Source of the DNA: Coraliomargarita sp. | Lineage (GTDB): Bacteria > Verrucomicrobiota > Verrucomicrobiia > Opitutales > Coraliomargaritaceae | Reading direction: 5' to 3' | Length of the DNA stretch: 64,000 nt | Assembly (NCBI GenBank): GCA_965216325.1 | Contig: OZ244160.1 | Coordinates: forward strand, 1,184,001-1,248,000 | Shown here: positions 44,941 through 56,558 of the stretch, in pieces | How the letters are laid out: each line of letters starts with the position of its first letter | How positions within the stretch are numbered: position 1 is the stretch's first letter | The notes under the pieces: model-generated | What the model was told of the DNA's origin: nothing | Databases searched by the model: none | What the model saw: the letters and a program-made list of their open reading frames with translations, nothing else | Translations under genes and position numbers: made by a program

Positions 44941-46854
44941 TTAGTAAGCGCGGCCGTCCTTCTTCTCGTAGTAGTTGATGTAAGCGCGATTGAGTGTCGA
45001 GTAGCCCCCTGGTGTCGGGTAGTCGCCGGTGAAATACCAGTCACCATTGTGGAATGGGATGGCTTCCTTCATCTTCGGCACAGGGAGGAAGACCACTTCG
45101 AGTTCGCCCTTCCATGCACCCGCCTTCGGGTAGACCAACTCAGCGATCTTAGCGGAAATTTGCTCATCGGTGTAGCGGTCGTAGATACGTGCCACGTGGT
45201 TAACCATCTCGTTGGCAGGCTTGTCGGCTTGTGCGATGCAGGCCTGATAGACTTCCTGCAGGAGGTCTTCGTTGCCGTCTTCCTTGGTCAGCTCAACGGC
45301 CGCATTGAAGGCGATGAACTTTCCGAGCTCGGACATGTCGATGCCGTAGCAATCCGGGTAGCGGATCTGTGGCGCGGTCGACGCGATCACGATCTTGCGT
45401 GGATTGGTCTTTCCAAGGATTTTAAGGATCGATTCTTTGAGCGTGGTGCCACGGACGATGGAGTCGTCGATACAGACGAGGCAGTCCTTCGGTTGTACCA
45501 CCCCATAGGTGATGTCGTAAACGTGTGAGACCAGCTTAGCGCGGCCCTTTTCCTGCGAGATGAAGGTGCGCAGCTTGATATCCTTGTGCGCGACTTTCTC
45601 GCCACGCGGCCAGTTGCCCATGATCAGTTCGTCAATGAGCTGCTCGTCGAGTGTGCCAGCGCGTTGCGCTTCCAGCAGCTTGTCCTTCACTTCCTGACGG
45701 CGATGCAGGCGGAGTGACTCGAGTAAGCCGTAGTAAGCCGTTTCCGCAGTGTTCGGCACAAAGCTGAACACCGAGTTGGCAAAGTCGTTATCGATCGCCT
45801 TGACGACTTGATCCTTCAAAGCGCCACCAAGCGCCTTACGCTCTTGGTAGATATCCTGATCGTTGCCGCGAGAGAAGTAGATGCGCTCAAAGGAACACGG
45901 TGTTTGTTCCTGCTTCTCAGTGAACGGCTCACAATAGATGCGGCCGTCGCTCTTGATCACGGTCGCGGTGCCTGGCTCGAGCTCGCAGACATTTTCGATC
46001 GGCTGGTCGAAGATAGTCATCAATGCCACGCGCTCGGACGCAAAAGCAATAACTTCGTCGTTTTGGAAATAGAAGCATGGGCGAATGCCCTTCGGGTCAC
46101 GCATCACGAAGGAGTCACCGTTACCGATGAGACCTGCGATTGCATAACCACCATCCCAGTCGGCTGCTGCGCGGCGGAGAATACGCACTGGATCGAGTTC
46201 CTGACTGATCACGCGTGGAATGCGCTTACCTTCCATATTCTGGTCACGCATACGATGATAGATCGCATCGTGCGCCTCATCGAGATGGAAGCCGATTTCT
46301 TCAAGGACCGCTTGCGTGTCGGTGCCGAAGATCGGGTGCTGACCACGGTTGATTAGGTCATTGTTGAGGTCCTTCTCGTTGGTAATGGTGAAATTACCGG
46401 CGAGCATCAGATTCTTGGTGGGCCAGTTCGACTGACGCACAAAGGGGTGGCAGTTCTTGGAGGAATAAACCCCAGAAGTGCCATAGCGGAGGTGCCCCAT
46501 GAGGATCTCACCGCCGAAATCGAAATGGTCCTTCACCGAGTTTGCGAACTCAGGATGGATGATGCCGTTGTCCACTTTACGCTGATAATCGCTCAGTTGC
46601 TCGTGAAAAATGCGCGTCATCGGGTTGGTTTTGATGCTACGCTCACGGGCCATATACGGTTGGCCGGGTGCCACATCAAGCTTCACACAGCCAATACCTG
46701 CACCATCCTGACCACGGTTATGTTGCTTCTCCATCAACAAGAAGAGTTGATTGAAGCCATATAGCGGCGTGCCGTATTTCTCTTGGTAGTAACCAAGTGG
46801 TTTCAGGAGGCGGATCATTGCGATACCGCATTCATGCTTTAGAAAGTCGCTCAT
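44941..46854 (-). CDS. purF: Amidophosphoribosyltransferase (long form)
   Basis: HECG propeptide junction, QHNRGQDGAG, HLRYGT, CSFERIYFSRG, DDSIVRGTT. Confidence 0.94.
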   Translation of the reverse strand: MSDFLKHECGIAMIRLLKPLGYYQEKYGTPLYGFNQLFLLMEKQHNRGQDGAGIGCVKLDVAPGQPYMARERSIKTNPMTRIFHEQLSDYQRKVDNGIIHPEFANSVKDHFDFGGEILMGHLRYGTSGVYSSKNCHPFVRQSNWPTKNLMLAGNFTITNEKDLNNDLINRGQHPIFGTDTQAVLEEIGFHLDEAHDAIYHRMRDQNMEGKRIPRVISQELDPVRILRRAAADWDGGYAIAGLIGNGDSFVMRDPKGIRPCFYFQNDEVIAFASERVALMTIFDQPIENVCELEPGTATVIKSDGRIYCEPFTEKQEQTPCSFERIYFSRGNDQDIYQERKALGGALKDQVVKAIDNDFANSVFSFVPNTAETAYYGLLESLRLHRRQEVKDKLLEAQRAGTLDEQLIDELIMGNWPRGEKVAHKDIKLRTFISQEKGRAKLVSHVYDITYGVVQPKDCLVCIDDSIVRGTTLKESILKILGKTNPRKIVIASTAPQIRYPDCYGIDMSELGKFIAFNAAVELTKEDGNEDLLQEVYQACIAQADKPANEMVNHVARIYDRYTDEQISAKIAELVYPKAGAWKGELEVVFLPVPKMKEAIPFHNGDWYFTGDYPTPGGYSTLNRAYINYYEKKDGRAY

Positions 46855-47032
46855 GTGGGAAAAAGACGGGCGCAGGCTAATAGGCTTTTTTTGCCTGTGG
46901 CGATGCTAAGTTTCATTTTTGTGTCAAAAGATAGGATAATTCTACACGACCGCTAATGGACGCTTAATTATGGCTACAGGTTTTCGGTTTGAGCGCCATT
47001 AAGCGTAATTTAGCGGTTTTAAATCTTCACAC

Positions 47033-47950
47033 CTAATTCGCATCTGAGATTCCTTTTTGCTGCAGATGTTCCTCGTTCGCAGGCTCAATGTGCACCAATA
47101 CTTTCCAGACTTCGGGGTGCTGTGCGAGCAAGCGCTGCTTCACCTCGCGCGCAATCGCGTGCCCCTGCTCAACAGTCAGTTCCGGATCCACTTGCAGGTG
47201 CAGGTCGATCTCGTAAACGTCCCCCACCCGACGCACACGGAAATTGTGATAGGCCAAGGCGCCGGGGGTCGGTAAGATGTGCTCGCGCAAGTCCTCGATA
47301 ATTTCCCTGCGCGGAGCGGCGTCTAACAGCTCCCCCGTGGCACTGACAAAGATCTTGCTTGCCTCAAAGACTAGGTAGCCGCCCAGCACCAGCGTGACCG
47401 CATCATCGAGAAAGGCCCAGGCCTCGCCCCCGAGCCACACGCCAATCAAGGCAACCGCCACCCCGAGCGACGAGAAACTGTCAGTGCGGTGATGCCAGGC
47501 ATTCGCCAGCAACAAGTCTGACTTAATCCGCTTCGCAACGCCACGTGTGGTCCAGAACAACACCTCCTTGATGCCCAGCGACAACAAGGCAAACAGCGCC
47601 GCCGTGCCCGCTTCCGGCACCGATGGACCCACTCGAAAGTCCCAAATCGCAGACAAGACCAGCGCGCCTGCAAAGACAATCAGCCCGCCACCAATAAAGA
47701 ATTTGGAAAGACTGGCGAATTTATGGTGTCCGTAGAGATGGTTTTCGTCCTCGGGACGCCGCGCCATAAACAGTCCAAAGAGCACCGCCACATCCGAAAG
47801 CAGGTCCAGCAAGCTATGCATGCCGTCCGCAATGAGAGCCTTCGACGACAGCACGAAGCCCGCGATGGTTTTCACCAATCCGAGTACAAGATTCACCGCA
47901 AAGCCGATCCATGTAATCCGCAGTCCATCGTTTCCAGAGGCCATACGCAT
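47033..47950 (-). CDS. Cation diffusion facilitator family transporter
   Basis: ADGMHSLLD, H.YGH, ANAWHHRTD, HIEP. Confidence 0.93.
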   Translation of the reverse strand: MRMASGNDGLRITWIGFAVNLVLGLVKTIAGFVLSSKALIADGMHSLLDLLSDVAVLFGLFMARRPEDENHLYGHHKFASLSKFFIGGGLIVFAGALVLSAIWDFRVGPSVPEAGTAALFALLSLGIKEVLFWTTRGVAKRIKSDLLLANAWHHRTDSFSSLGVAVALIGVWLGGEAWAFLDDAVTLVLGGYLVFEASKIFVSATGELLDAAPRREIIEDLREHILPTPGALAYHNFRVRRVGDVYEIDLHLQVDPELTVEQGHAIAREVKQRLLAQHPEVWKVLVHIEPANEEHLQQKGISDAN

Positions 47951-47986
47951 GAGTAAAACAACGCTAGGCTCTGCGTAAACGAGAAT

Positions 47987-48199
47987 GTGGAGGGAAACGC
48001 TCCGTCGTTTCCAACATTATCATACCAATTTGAAACTTGGTATTACCAGGAACACCCCCTCCCATCCCGCTAAGCGGGATGACCTCCCCTTCGCAGGGGA
48101 GGACTTTTTAGCCCCCTCCTAGGCGAGCCGGGGTGGTGCCCATTAAGACCAAACCTTCATCGATTCGACGAACGGCTGCCTCGGCGAGGCAGCCCTCCT
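47987..48199. repeat. Cluster of small palindromic/REP-like elements
   Basis: ggaaacg-ctccgt-cgtttcc; ataccaa..ttggtat; catcccgc-taa-gcgggatg; cctcccct..aggggagg; ggctgcctcg-g-cgaggcagcc. Confidence 0.65.
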
Positions 48200-50467
48200 C
48201 TAGCTCATCTGCATCGGATCCACGTCGAGCGTGTCGATGACTTCTTTATCCATCTTAAAGCCGTCTCTCAAGGTGACAATTCGTTGGATGACCTTGCTCG
48301 CACTCGGTGCAAAATACCAGATCTGGTAGCGGTATTCGTCGCGAATCTTCTCGATCGGCGTAGGCGCGGGACCACGAATCTCGACCGCTTCGCCGAGCGC
48401 TTTCTCCAGTGCGCGGGTCCATTGCTCGATATAGAACTCAACCTTCTGCGGATTGCGTCCACGGAAAACATGACGAATCAGGTGGCGAAACGGCGGATAA
48501 TTGAACTCGCGGCGTTGCTCCAGCTCCTCGAGCTGGAAGCCATCGAAGTCAGACTGACGCGCAAACTGGATCGGCGGCGCATGCGGGGTGCTGGTCTGAA
48601 TCACCACCTCTCCCGCACGGTCCCCCCGGCCCGCTCGGCCCGACACCTGCACGATCAGCTGGAAGGTGCGTTCAGCAGCCCGGAAGTCCTCCACGTGCAA
48701 AGACATATCCGCATCCACCAGCCCGACCAACGTGACGTTCGGAAAATCCAAGCCTTTGGCGATCATCTGTGTACCCACGAGCAAGTCGATCTTGCCGACG
48801 CGGAAGTCATTTAGAATTTTGCGATAGAGATTCTTCTTCGACATCGAATCGGCGTCCATGCGCACGATGTTCGCGCGTGGCAGGATTTTTTGCACGATGT
48901 CTTCAATCTTCTGCGTGCCCTGCCCCTTATAGCGTATATTCGGGTCCTTGCACTTCGGGCAGATGCGCGGCGCCTCACGCTCCTCGCCGCAGAGGTGGCA
49001 GCGCAGGGTTTTGTCGGTGCGGTGATAGGTCATCGGGATGCTGCAATGCTCGCACTCAGCAACGTATCCACATTCTGGGCACAATAGACTGGTCGAAAAC
49101 CCACGCCGGTTCAGGAACAAAATGCTCTGCTCTTTCTTCTCGAAACGATCAACCAGCTTGTCGGCCAACAGACGTGAAATCGGCGAGCCCTTGGCCTTGC
49201 CCGACATATTCTCGCGACGCATGTCGACCAAGTGAATCTTGGGCAACTCACAGTGATCGACGCGCTTGAGCATCTTATCCACTGCATATTTGCCGCGCTC
49301 CACGTTATGCAGCGTTTCCAGCGAAGGCGTCGCCGAACCAACAATGCACAGCGCTTTATTCAGATGCGCACGATAGACCGCTACATCACGTCCGTGATAG
49401 CGCGGATTGTCCTCTTGCTTGTAAGAAGGCTCGTGCTCCTCATCGACAATCATTAGCTGCAAGTTCTGCACAGGCGCAAAGACCGCCGAGCGGGCACCAA
49501 CGACCACATGTGCCTCGCCGCTTGCCAAGGCTTTCCAAGCATCGTAACGTTCACCGTCAGATAGGTGACTATGCCACACAACTGTGCGCACCCCCCGCGC
49601 TTCAAGACGCGCACGAACACGCCCAACTGTTTGCGGTGCCAGAGCGACTTCGGGAATCAGGAAGACCACGCCCCCGCCCTTGGCGACGACTCGCTCGATA
49701 ACATTCAGATAGACTTCGGTTTTTCCTGAGCCCGTTACACCATGCAAAAGCCGAACGCTAAACTGCTTGGCATCCACAGCACTAAAGAGTGCGTCCACAC
49801 AAACAGATTGCTCCGCGGTCAGCTTAGGCCGAGCATCACTGTGAACCACTTCGACATCACTGATGTCATCATCATAGGCGACACGCACCTCCTCGGTATC
49901 GCTTTCCAACAGAAAGCCCTTCTTGACCAAGGCATCACAAGCCGAAGCGCTGATTCCCATGCGTTTGAGAATCGTCGCACGCGGCTGCGCCTTCAGCTGC
50001 TGGCGAATAAAATTAAGTAGCTCCGCCTGCTTTGGAGCACGCTTTTGGAGGGCTGTCAGTTCCTCAGCGGTCGGCACTCGCCCCTTAGCAATGTAACGGC
50101 GCATTTTCGGCTTCATGCCACGACGAATCGCCGTCGGAATCATTGCCTCCAGCATCGCCTCAGGCGAACTCGCATAATAGCGCACCGCCCAGCGATAGAG
50201 ATCGATCAGCTCCTGAGTCAGCACCGGATAGTCCTGTACCACCTCGTAAAGCATTTTCAATTTGCCCGGTGGAATCACCTGCTCGGTGCCCATACGTGTC
50301 ACCACACCCAGTTCACTGCGACGCCTTAGCGGGATCCGCACCAAGGCCCCGGGCCGGACCAGCCCAGAACAAGTCGGCGGCACCGCATAGGCCAGGGCCT
50401 TATCGAAACCGGAAAAAGCAACGACTTCGACAATCTGTGGCAGTAGGTTGGATTTAGCAGTGGGCAT
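48200..50467 (-). CDS. priA: Primosomal protein N' (replication restart helicase)
   Basis: [16 protein letters not shown], four Cxx[20 protein letters not shown]. Confidence 0.97.
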   Translation of the reverse strand: MPTAKSNLLPQIVEVVAFSGFDKALAYAVPPTCSGLVRPGALVRIPLRRRSELGVVTRMGTEQVIPPGKLKMLYEVVQDYPVLTQELIDLYRWAVRYYASSPEAMLEAMIPTAIRRGMKPKMRRYIAKGRVPTAEELTALQKRAPKQAELLNFIRQQLKAQPRATILKRMGISASACDALVKKGFLLESDTEEVRVAYDDDISDVEVVHSDARPKLTAEQSVCVDALFSAVDAKQFSVRLLHGVTGSGKTEVYLNVIERVVAKGGGVVFLIPEVALAPQTVGRVRARLEARGVRTVVWHSHLSDGERYDAWKALASGEAHVVVGARSAVFAPVQNLQLMIVDEEHEPSYKQEDNPRYHGRDVAVYRAHLNKALCIVGSATPSLETLHNVERGKYAVDKMLKRVDHCELPKIHLVDMRRENMSGKAKGSPISRLLADKLVDRFEKKEQSILFLNRRGFSTSLLCPECGYVAECEHCSIPMTYHRTDKTLRCHLCGEEREAPRICPKCKDPNIRYKGQGTQKIEDIVQKILPRANIVRMDADSMSKKNLYRKILNDFRVGKIDLLVGTQMIAKGLDFPNVTLVGLVDADMSLHVEDFRAAERTFQLIVQVSGRAGRGDRAGEVVIQTSTPHAPPIQFARQSDFDGFQLEELEQRREFNYPPFRHLIRHVFRGRNPQKVEFYIEQWTRALEKALGEAVEIRGPAPTPIEKIRDEYRYQIWYFAPSASKVIQRIVTLRDGFKMDKEVIDTLDVDPMQMS

Positions 50468-50539
50468 CTATCTGACTGTCGGCATAGGGTGATACAAAAT
50501 GATTGCTGACAGAATTATTTTTCAAATTCGAGACAAGCC

Positions 50540-50640
50540 GTAGGGGCTTTCCTTGCGAAGCCCGCAGTCTGAAACGACGTCGCCAACTCGGCGGGCGTCG
50601 CCCCTCGATTGACTCGGGGCCTTGAGCCTGTCGAAATGAC
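50540..50640. repeat. REP-like elements upstream of priA
   Basis: gtaggggctt..aagccc hairpin; ccctcgattgactcgggg and ttgagcctgtcgaa repeat fragments. Confidence 0.5.
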
Positions 50641-50749
50641 AAGCAACGCCCTTACGTTTTTCAGTTCTAGAGCTAAGCTAGTAACATTAAAATCAGACCT
50701 AATAATCATTCTGTCAGATATTATCTTGCTTAGAGGACCACTGAAATCG

Positions 50750-51112
50750 TCAGCGACCCAGCTCCTCTCTCAATTCCAGAAAGCCCGGGTAGTCGGCCAG
50801 CGGTTTCAAGTCGGGGTCATTACAGAGCCAGTTGAAGTCGTCGTAACCGAGCTCCAATGCCTTGCGCAGAATCGTGACCGCCTCCGCCTTACACTCCTTA
50901 AGCGCCAGACTACAGGCCAAATTGTAATGTGCGGTTGGATCTTCGGGTGTCAGGCGGACAATTTTGCGGTCGATCCGTAGTCCATCATCAATGCGCCCGG
51001 CATCCGTGTAATAATGTGCGAGCATCGACGCGGTGCGCACATCTTTAGGCATTCGCTTGTGCAAATCCTCAAAGAAGCCGATTTCGAAGTCGTGGTTCGT
51101 GCGCTGGGCCAT
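50750..51112 (-). CDS. Small TPR protein
   Basis: AHYNLACSLAL..A...L.KALELGY..DPDL. Confidence 0.85.
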   Translation of the reverse strand: MAQRTNHDFEIGFFEDLHKRMPKDVRTASMLAHYYTDAGRIDDGLRIDRKIVRLTPEDPTAHYNLACSLALKECKAEAVTILRKALELGYDDFNWLCNDPDLKPLADYPGFLELREELGR

Positions 51113-51138
51113 TGCCAAATTATTACCTGTGCCGAAAG

Positions 51139-51618
51139 TTAATCCTGCTTATCTTTACAGCAGGCCGCATCGGCATTGCCGCTACAACGAGCAGACACCT
51201 GTAGGCGTTGGCTTTCGACATTCAGGCCCAACTTGGACGCGACACTTTGGCCATACCATTCCATGAAGGGCGCATCGATTTCGAAGATTTTATCGCAATC
51301 GAGGCAGATCACCTGAGCCTGAAAAGTCTTGGTGTTCTTGTTGGCCATGTAGAATTTGTAATCACGGCCCACGTCGACTTCACGAATCAGGCTGCTCTCC
51401 GTCAGAATTGGCAGGGCCCTATAAACCGTTGCGCGCGAGACGGAACTGTCAATTTGACGCGCCCGATCGAGCAGATCTTCCGCAGTAAAATGGTCCTCAT
51501 GACCATAGGCCGCATCGAAGATCGCCAAGCGCTGATTGGTCACGCGGAGGCCCTTGCTGGTAAGAAACTCCTTAAAAGTATCGCGAATGCGCTCGATATC
51601 CGGGGTGGTTGGCTCCAT
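51139..51618 (-). CDS. fur: Fur family transcriptional regulator
   Basis: [29 protein letters not shown]. Confidence 0.9.
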   Translation of the reverse strand: MEPTTPDIERIRDTFKEFLTSKGLRVTNQRLAIFDAAYGHEDHFTAEDLLDRARQIDSSVSRATVYRALPILTESSLIREVDVGRDYKFYMANKNTKTFQAQVICLDCDKIFEIDAPFMEWYGQSVASKLGLNVESQRLQVSARCSGNADAACCKDKQD

Positions 51619-51769
51619 AGTCGTTATTGAGACTGAATTGAGACTAAGCACTTCTGCTTGGCAAGTCCTCAATGGCAGCAGCGCTAAATAACTTGATAAA
51701 TAGTGCTAAAAACTTCTTGATTTCCCCGCTCAGAACGCTTTTCTCCTCCCCTTTTCCAAACTTTAGACC

Positions 51770-52084
<315 letters not shown>

Positions 52085-52113
52085 TTTATTCTACAACCAG
52101 AAAGGACTGAACA

Positions 52114-52359
52114 ATGTCACACAAAAAAGGACAAGGAACTTCCAAGAACGGACGCGACAGCCACTCTAAGCGCCTCGGTGTTAAGAAATTCGGCGGTGAG
52201 TCCGTCATCGCAGGCAACATCATCCTCCGCCAGCGCGGCACACGTTTCCACCCAGGTGAGAACGTAGGTATGGGTCGTGACCACACACTCTTCGCGTTGA
52301 CCGACGGTAAGGTTGCTTTCGATAAGGCACACCGCAAGATCAACGTTGTTGCTGCATAA
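52114..52359 (+). CDS. rpmA: 50S ribosomal protein L27
   Basis: [25 protein letters not shown]. Confidence 0.98.
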   Translation: MSHKKGQGTSKNGRDSHSKRLGVKKFGGESVIAGNIILRQRGTRFHPGENVGMGRDHTLFALTDGKVAFDKAHRKINVVAA

Positions 52360-52395
52360 CGCGACTTCGGCGATTTTCAAATCGACATCTTTTCC

Positions 52396-52429
52396 AAAAT
52401 CCCGCCTCCTATCTGGAGCGGGATTTTTT
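52396..52429 (+). terminator. Intrinsic terminator
   Basis: aaaatcccgc..gcgggatttt followed by a T run. Confidence 0.75.
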
Positions 52430-52464
52430 GCATCCGCATCCCATCCCCTAACCAATTCTCAAAG

Positions 52465-52884
52465 ATGCATCCCCTAGATGAACTGAAGAAACAGCGTGAA
52501 CTGATCCAGAAGCACCTCGCGTGGCTGGACCAGGAAATCGCGAAGCAGACCAGTGAGCCGCCCAATCAAAACACCAAGGATGCACAACCTGCCCGTGAAA
52601 AACTCAAACTGGTAGGCGCCACGCCAGGCAACAATCCTGAAACTACAACACACCAGGAAACCCGGCACCCATTTCCAGAGATCAACGAGACCAACGAGCT
52701 GTCGAATGGGGTGCAGCCTTCACAGATGCATAGCGATATTGCCAAGGCAAAGATCGGCTGTGTCGTGATCTTCGTCGGCGCAGTTGGCCTGTTCCTGTTT
52801 CTACTCTTCGGACTCCCCTATTTGATCGACGACTCGGGCGAATCAGAGACACACGAAGAAAGCGTCAAGACAAGCGCTCAATAG
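52465..52884 (+). CDS. Hypothetical protein with N-terminal coiled coil and C-terminal TM helix
   Basis: ORF with a single hydrophobic segment. Confidence 0.65.
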   Translation: MHPLDELKKQRELIQKHLAWLDQEIAKQTSEPPNQNTKDAQPAREKLKLVGATPGNNPETTTHQETRHPFPEINETNELSNGVQPSQMHSDIAKAKIGCVVIFVGAVGLFLFLLFGLPYLIDDSGESETHEESVKTSAQ

Positions 52885-53932
52885 TCTGCCCCAAAAACAC
52901 GAGCGGAGTCTCGTTGGATCGAATCTGCGACCATTTCGGTGAAGGTCATATAGCGAAGGCCCTGTGTAAAGTTCGTCAAAGTCACAGGGCTCCCGTCACG
53001 AATCGAGCGTACGAAATCAGCCTCAACCTGCCAGCCCTGTGACTGAGTGGTGGGCGTCGCAATAGGCCTTACCTGAGAGGACCCCGCCTTCGCAAAGAGC
53101 AACCCGCCCTGAACCGGATCAAGGTGCAAAGCACAACGAGTCCCATTCAATCGAAATGCCATACACGGCTTGCCCGACTCAACTCCACTAAAATGATAGA
53201 TCAAGCGCGCACCACCTTGCGCAAATCGACCAAAGACACTCAAACTGTCCGGAATGTCGATCGGTCGAGGCTCCGACTCGCCCGCATAGCACCTCTGCTG
53301 CTGGAAGACTTCACCATCGGCCACAAGCCAATCCAGATCATCGTCGACCCAGCGCTGAACTGTCTCATGCACAATGCCCATGGTCAGCACATTCTTACCA
53401 CTCAGACGACTATCCTGCCGCCAAGTCATTGCAGCATCCGACTGCGCATACTGTGCCCCCGTATGGACCACGCGCACCTCCAGTAGTCGACCAAGCACGC
53501 CCTCCGCCAGCATCGCCTTGATCTGAGCATCATAATCCAAGGAAAACGGAGCAGGCACCTACTGAGCCACCAACTGCGGTCGCGCTTCCGAGGCAGCAAG
53601 CATGCGCTTGGCTTCCGTGAGGTTACACGCCATCCGTGCCTCACAGAGAACATGCTTACCACGTTCAAGAGCGGCAACTGTCACTTCTGCATGTAGATTT
53701 GGCCATGTGCCTATACATACTGCATGATTGAAGGATCGTCGATGACCTGGCTCCAATGATCCGCAACCCTCCATATCCCTTCCTGAGCCGCAACGCGCTC
53801 TGACGACTCGCGAGTCCGATTGGCCACCACCGCGAGCTCAAGATCCTGCACTTGCCGAAAACCCGGCAGGTGCATCGCCCGAGTATTTGCTCCAGCACCA
53901 ACAAAACCAATTCGCAGCGTAACCGTATTCAT
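52878..53932 (-). pseudogene. Gfo/Idh/MocA family oxidoreductase pseudogene
   Basis: IGFVGAG..HLPG (53932-), 1-nt deletion near 53725, [11 protein letters not shown], in-frame TAG at 53559-53561, then the C-terminal domain. Confidence 0.85.
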
Positions 53933-53938
53933 CGAAAA

Positions 53939-54610
53939 TCAACCTAGCTTACCCAAATGCAAGGTCAGCACCCGCTGCGTACGCGCAGCAAACTCAGGGT
54001 TATGAGTCACAAGCACCAGACTCTTATTCTCTTCGGCAACCAATTCGAGTAAGAGATCCATCACGGCTTCACCAGTAGTCTCATCAAGATTACCTGTGGG
54101 CTCGTCCGCCAGAATTAATGGCGGATCATTGATCAAGGCACGTGCGACCGCAACGCGCTGACGCTCACCTCCAGACAACTTGGTCGACTGATGGCGCAAT
54201 CGATGACCCATCCCCACACGTTCCAATAAGGCACGCGCACGCTGCTCGGTCTCCTTCGTAACCCGCCCGGCGATTCGCGCGCCAAGCAAGACATTCTCCA
54301 ACGCATTCAGTTCAGGCGCCAGATAGTAAGCCTGAAATACAAAGCCCATATAGCGCACGCGCTCGGCAGCCATACTTGAAAGCGACTGCCCCGCAACCGA
54401 CTTACCATTCCATACCAGCCCCCCGGAGCTGGCGGTTTCCAAGCCAGAGAGCACGTTCAGCAGCGTCGACTTACCACTACCGGACTCCCCGCGAATACTG
54501 ATGCTCTCCCCTGCGTGGAGCGACAGATCGATGCCATCCAAGACATGAATTGGACCGTCCGGCGACGGAAAGCTTTTGGTGAGCCCTCGAGCTTCCAATA
54601 AACTGTTCAT
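53939..54610 (-). CDS. lolD: Lipoprotein-releasing ABC transporter ATP-binding protein
   Basis: [33 protein letters not shown]; downstream of a LolE-like permease. Confidence 0.88.
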   Translation of the reverse strand: MNSLLEARGLTKSFPSPDGPIHVLDGIDLSLHAGESISIRGESGSGKSTLLNVLSGLETASSGGLVWNGKSVAGQSLSSMAAERVRYMGFVFQAYYLAPELNALENVLLGARIAGRVTKETEQRARALLERVGMGHRLRHQSTKLSGGERQRVAVARALINDPPLILADEPTGNLDETTGEAVMDLLLELVAEENKSLVLVTHNPEFAARTQRVLTLHLGKLG

Positions 54611-54614
54611 TAAA

Positions 54615-55844
54615 TTACTCACTACGCAAGGCATCTGCAGGTTTCAGTCGGGCCGCCCTAAAAGCCGGCAACAAGCCGGCTAAGGTTGAGATCGCGATCG
54701 CAAACGAGGTGACCACGATAAAATCCGAGGCCATATAATACACAGGGATCTGATAGGCATCATAGACCCCCAAGAAGCCAATGTCAGTTCCAGTCAGCTT
54801 GGTATAAGCAGACAAGATCGGCGAACGGTAATGCAACATCACCAAAGCCATTAGAATCCCCAGGGTATTGCCAATCACACCGATCACGAGGCCCTGAAAG
54901 CAGAAACTATACGCAACCTGTCGTGGACGCGCGCCCATCGCTACCAGTAGACCAATCTCACGCGTCTTACGCAGCACAGCCATCATCAAGGCAATCGCGA
55001 TTGAGAACGACGCGACAAGGATAATGAAAATAATGATAAAGGAGATCACCAACTTCTCCTGTTCGATCACACTGAGAAACTCGCGATTCGAAGAACGCCA
55101 GGTCTGCACATAATACTTCGAGTCAATGACTTCATCGCGTAGTCGTTCTGCAAATACATCCGCATCGACCCCCCACTGTAACTTCAGCACCACGCCATGC
55201 ACCGAATCCTCAAGGCCGTAGAGCTCCTGCATCACACGTAAGGTGCACACCATCGTATTGCTATCCACAGTAGGCGAACTGGTTTGATACAGACCAATTA
55301 CACGAAACTCCCGTGGAAGCAGCACTTCCTCCTCCTTGAGAGCCTCTAACATCAAGGGCGTGAACACCTCAACAGTGTCACCAACAGAGGCCTGCAGCGC
55401 TTGCGCAAGGCCACGCCCAAGAAAGACGCCCTCATCATCGAACTCCTCCAGATCACCCCAGGTAATGAACTCACTGAGCGGAATCACCTCTTCCTCCATC
55501 GGGTCAATCCCACGAATCCCTGGAAACTGCGGACGGTTGCGATGCTGCAGCATAACAACGCCCTCAGTATACGGCGCAACACGCTCAACCTCAGGCTGCT
55601 CGCGCAGCAAATCCATTAGATCCTCCCAGTCCTGCAGCAAGCCATGCGTGGTGATCCGCACATCACCATAGCTCTCGGAAATCTTCGTGCGAATACTTTC
55701 GCCAAAGCCGTTCATCACGCTCTGCACAATGATCAGTACGCAGACACCGAGCATCACCCCCACAATCGACATGAAGGTGAAAAACGAGAAAAAACGGCCC
55801 GATGGGAACAGTTGTTTGAGAGCGTGGTAAAGATACCAAGGCAT
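54615..55844 (-). CDS. lolE: Lipoprotein-releasing ABC transporter permease (LolC/E)
   Basis: [38 protein letters not shown]. Confidence 0.88.
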   Translation of the reverse strand: MPWYLYHALKQLFPSGRFFSFFTFMSIVGVMLGVCVLIIVQSVMNGFGESIRTKISESYGDVRITTHGLLQDWEDLMDLLREQPEVERVAPYTEGVVMLQHRNRPQFPGIRGIDPMEEEVIPLSEFITWGDLEEFDDEGVFLGRGLAQALQASVGDTVEVFTPLMLEALKEEEVLLPREFRVIGLYQTSSPTVDSNTMVCTLRVMQELYGLEDSVHGVVLKLQWGVDADVFAERLRDEVIDSKYYVQTWRSSNREFLSVIEQEKLVISFIIIFIILVASFSIAIALMMAVLRKTREIGLLVAMGARPRQVAYSFCFQGLVIGVIGNTLGILMALVMLHYRSPILSAYTKLTGTDIGFLGVYDAYQIPVYYMASDFIVVTSFAIAISTLAGLLPAFRAARLKPADALRSE

Positions 55845-56013
55845 AACGGTTAAGACGCTTTACTCAGTGCTCAATCGAAGTCTCATACAAGTTCTTTTAG
55901 GCCCATCGAAAGAAAATATAAAAAAACCAAAAAAGCACTTTACAGCGACGTAACATAGGCATTTAGTCCGCAACTTCTCCAAACGAACTGCTCCGGTTTG
56001 AGAGACATTAGAA

Positions 56014-56133
<120 letters not shown>

Positions 56134-56270
56134 GTGGCCCGCAGGCCGCTTTAGCACTAAGATCACGGCCAATCCGCCTGAATCGCGTCCGAACTTGGCA
56201 GCATATGGCAAAAACTGTCCACGAGGTCAAATTGGCTAACACTTAGCTAACACCCCTACTCCTCAAAAAT

Positions 56271-56504
56271 TCAGTTTAGTGTAGGACACAAGTCCCCCAA
56301 TTCATTGACCAGCACGGATGGTGAAATTTCTAGCGCGACAGACAGGCCAAAAACAGATCGCAACGACGGCTCGCGTAGCCCCCGCTCATATAGAGAAATT
56401 GTCGTGTGATGCATATTCGCACGGTGCGCGAGCTCTACTTGTGAGAGCTTGGCTCCTAAGCGATGCTCTTTGAGCACGACTCCAAATGCGGCGGCAAAAT
56501 TCAT
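56271..56504 (-). CDS. XRE-family HTH regulator (controller-protein-like)
   Basis: FG..LKEHR....LSQVELA....HHTTISLYERGLREPSL. Confidence 0.88.
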   Translation of the reverse strand: MNFAAAFGVVLKEHRLGAKLSQVELAHRANMHHTTISLYERGLREPSLRSVFGLSVALEISPSVLVNELGDLCPTLN

Positions 56505-56558
56505 TAGGACAACTGTCTGTGGTATCTCAGGGTTCGAGTATGAGATACTACGCCGCAA

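Noticed and set aside
53559..53561. In-frame TAG as pyrrolysine or alternative code
   Set aside because: The same gene also has a frameshift, and TAG terminates many normal genes here.
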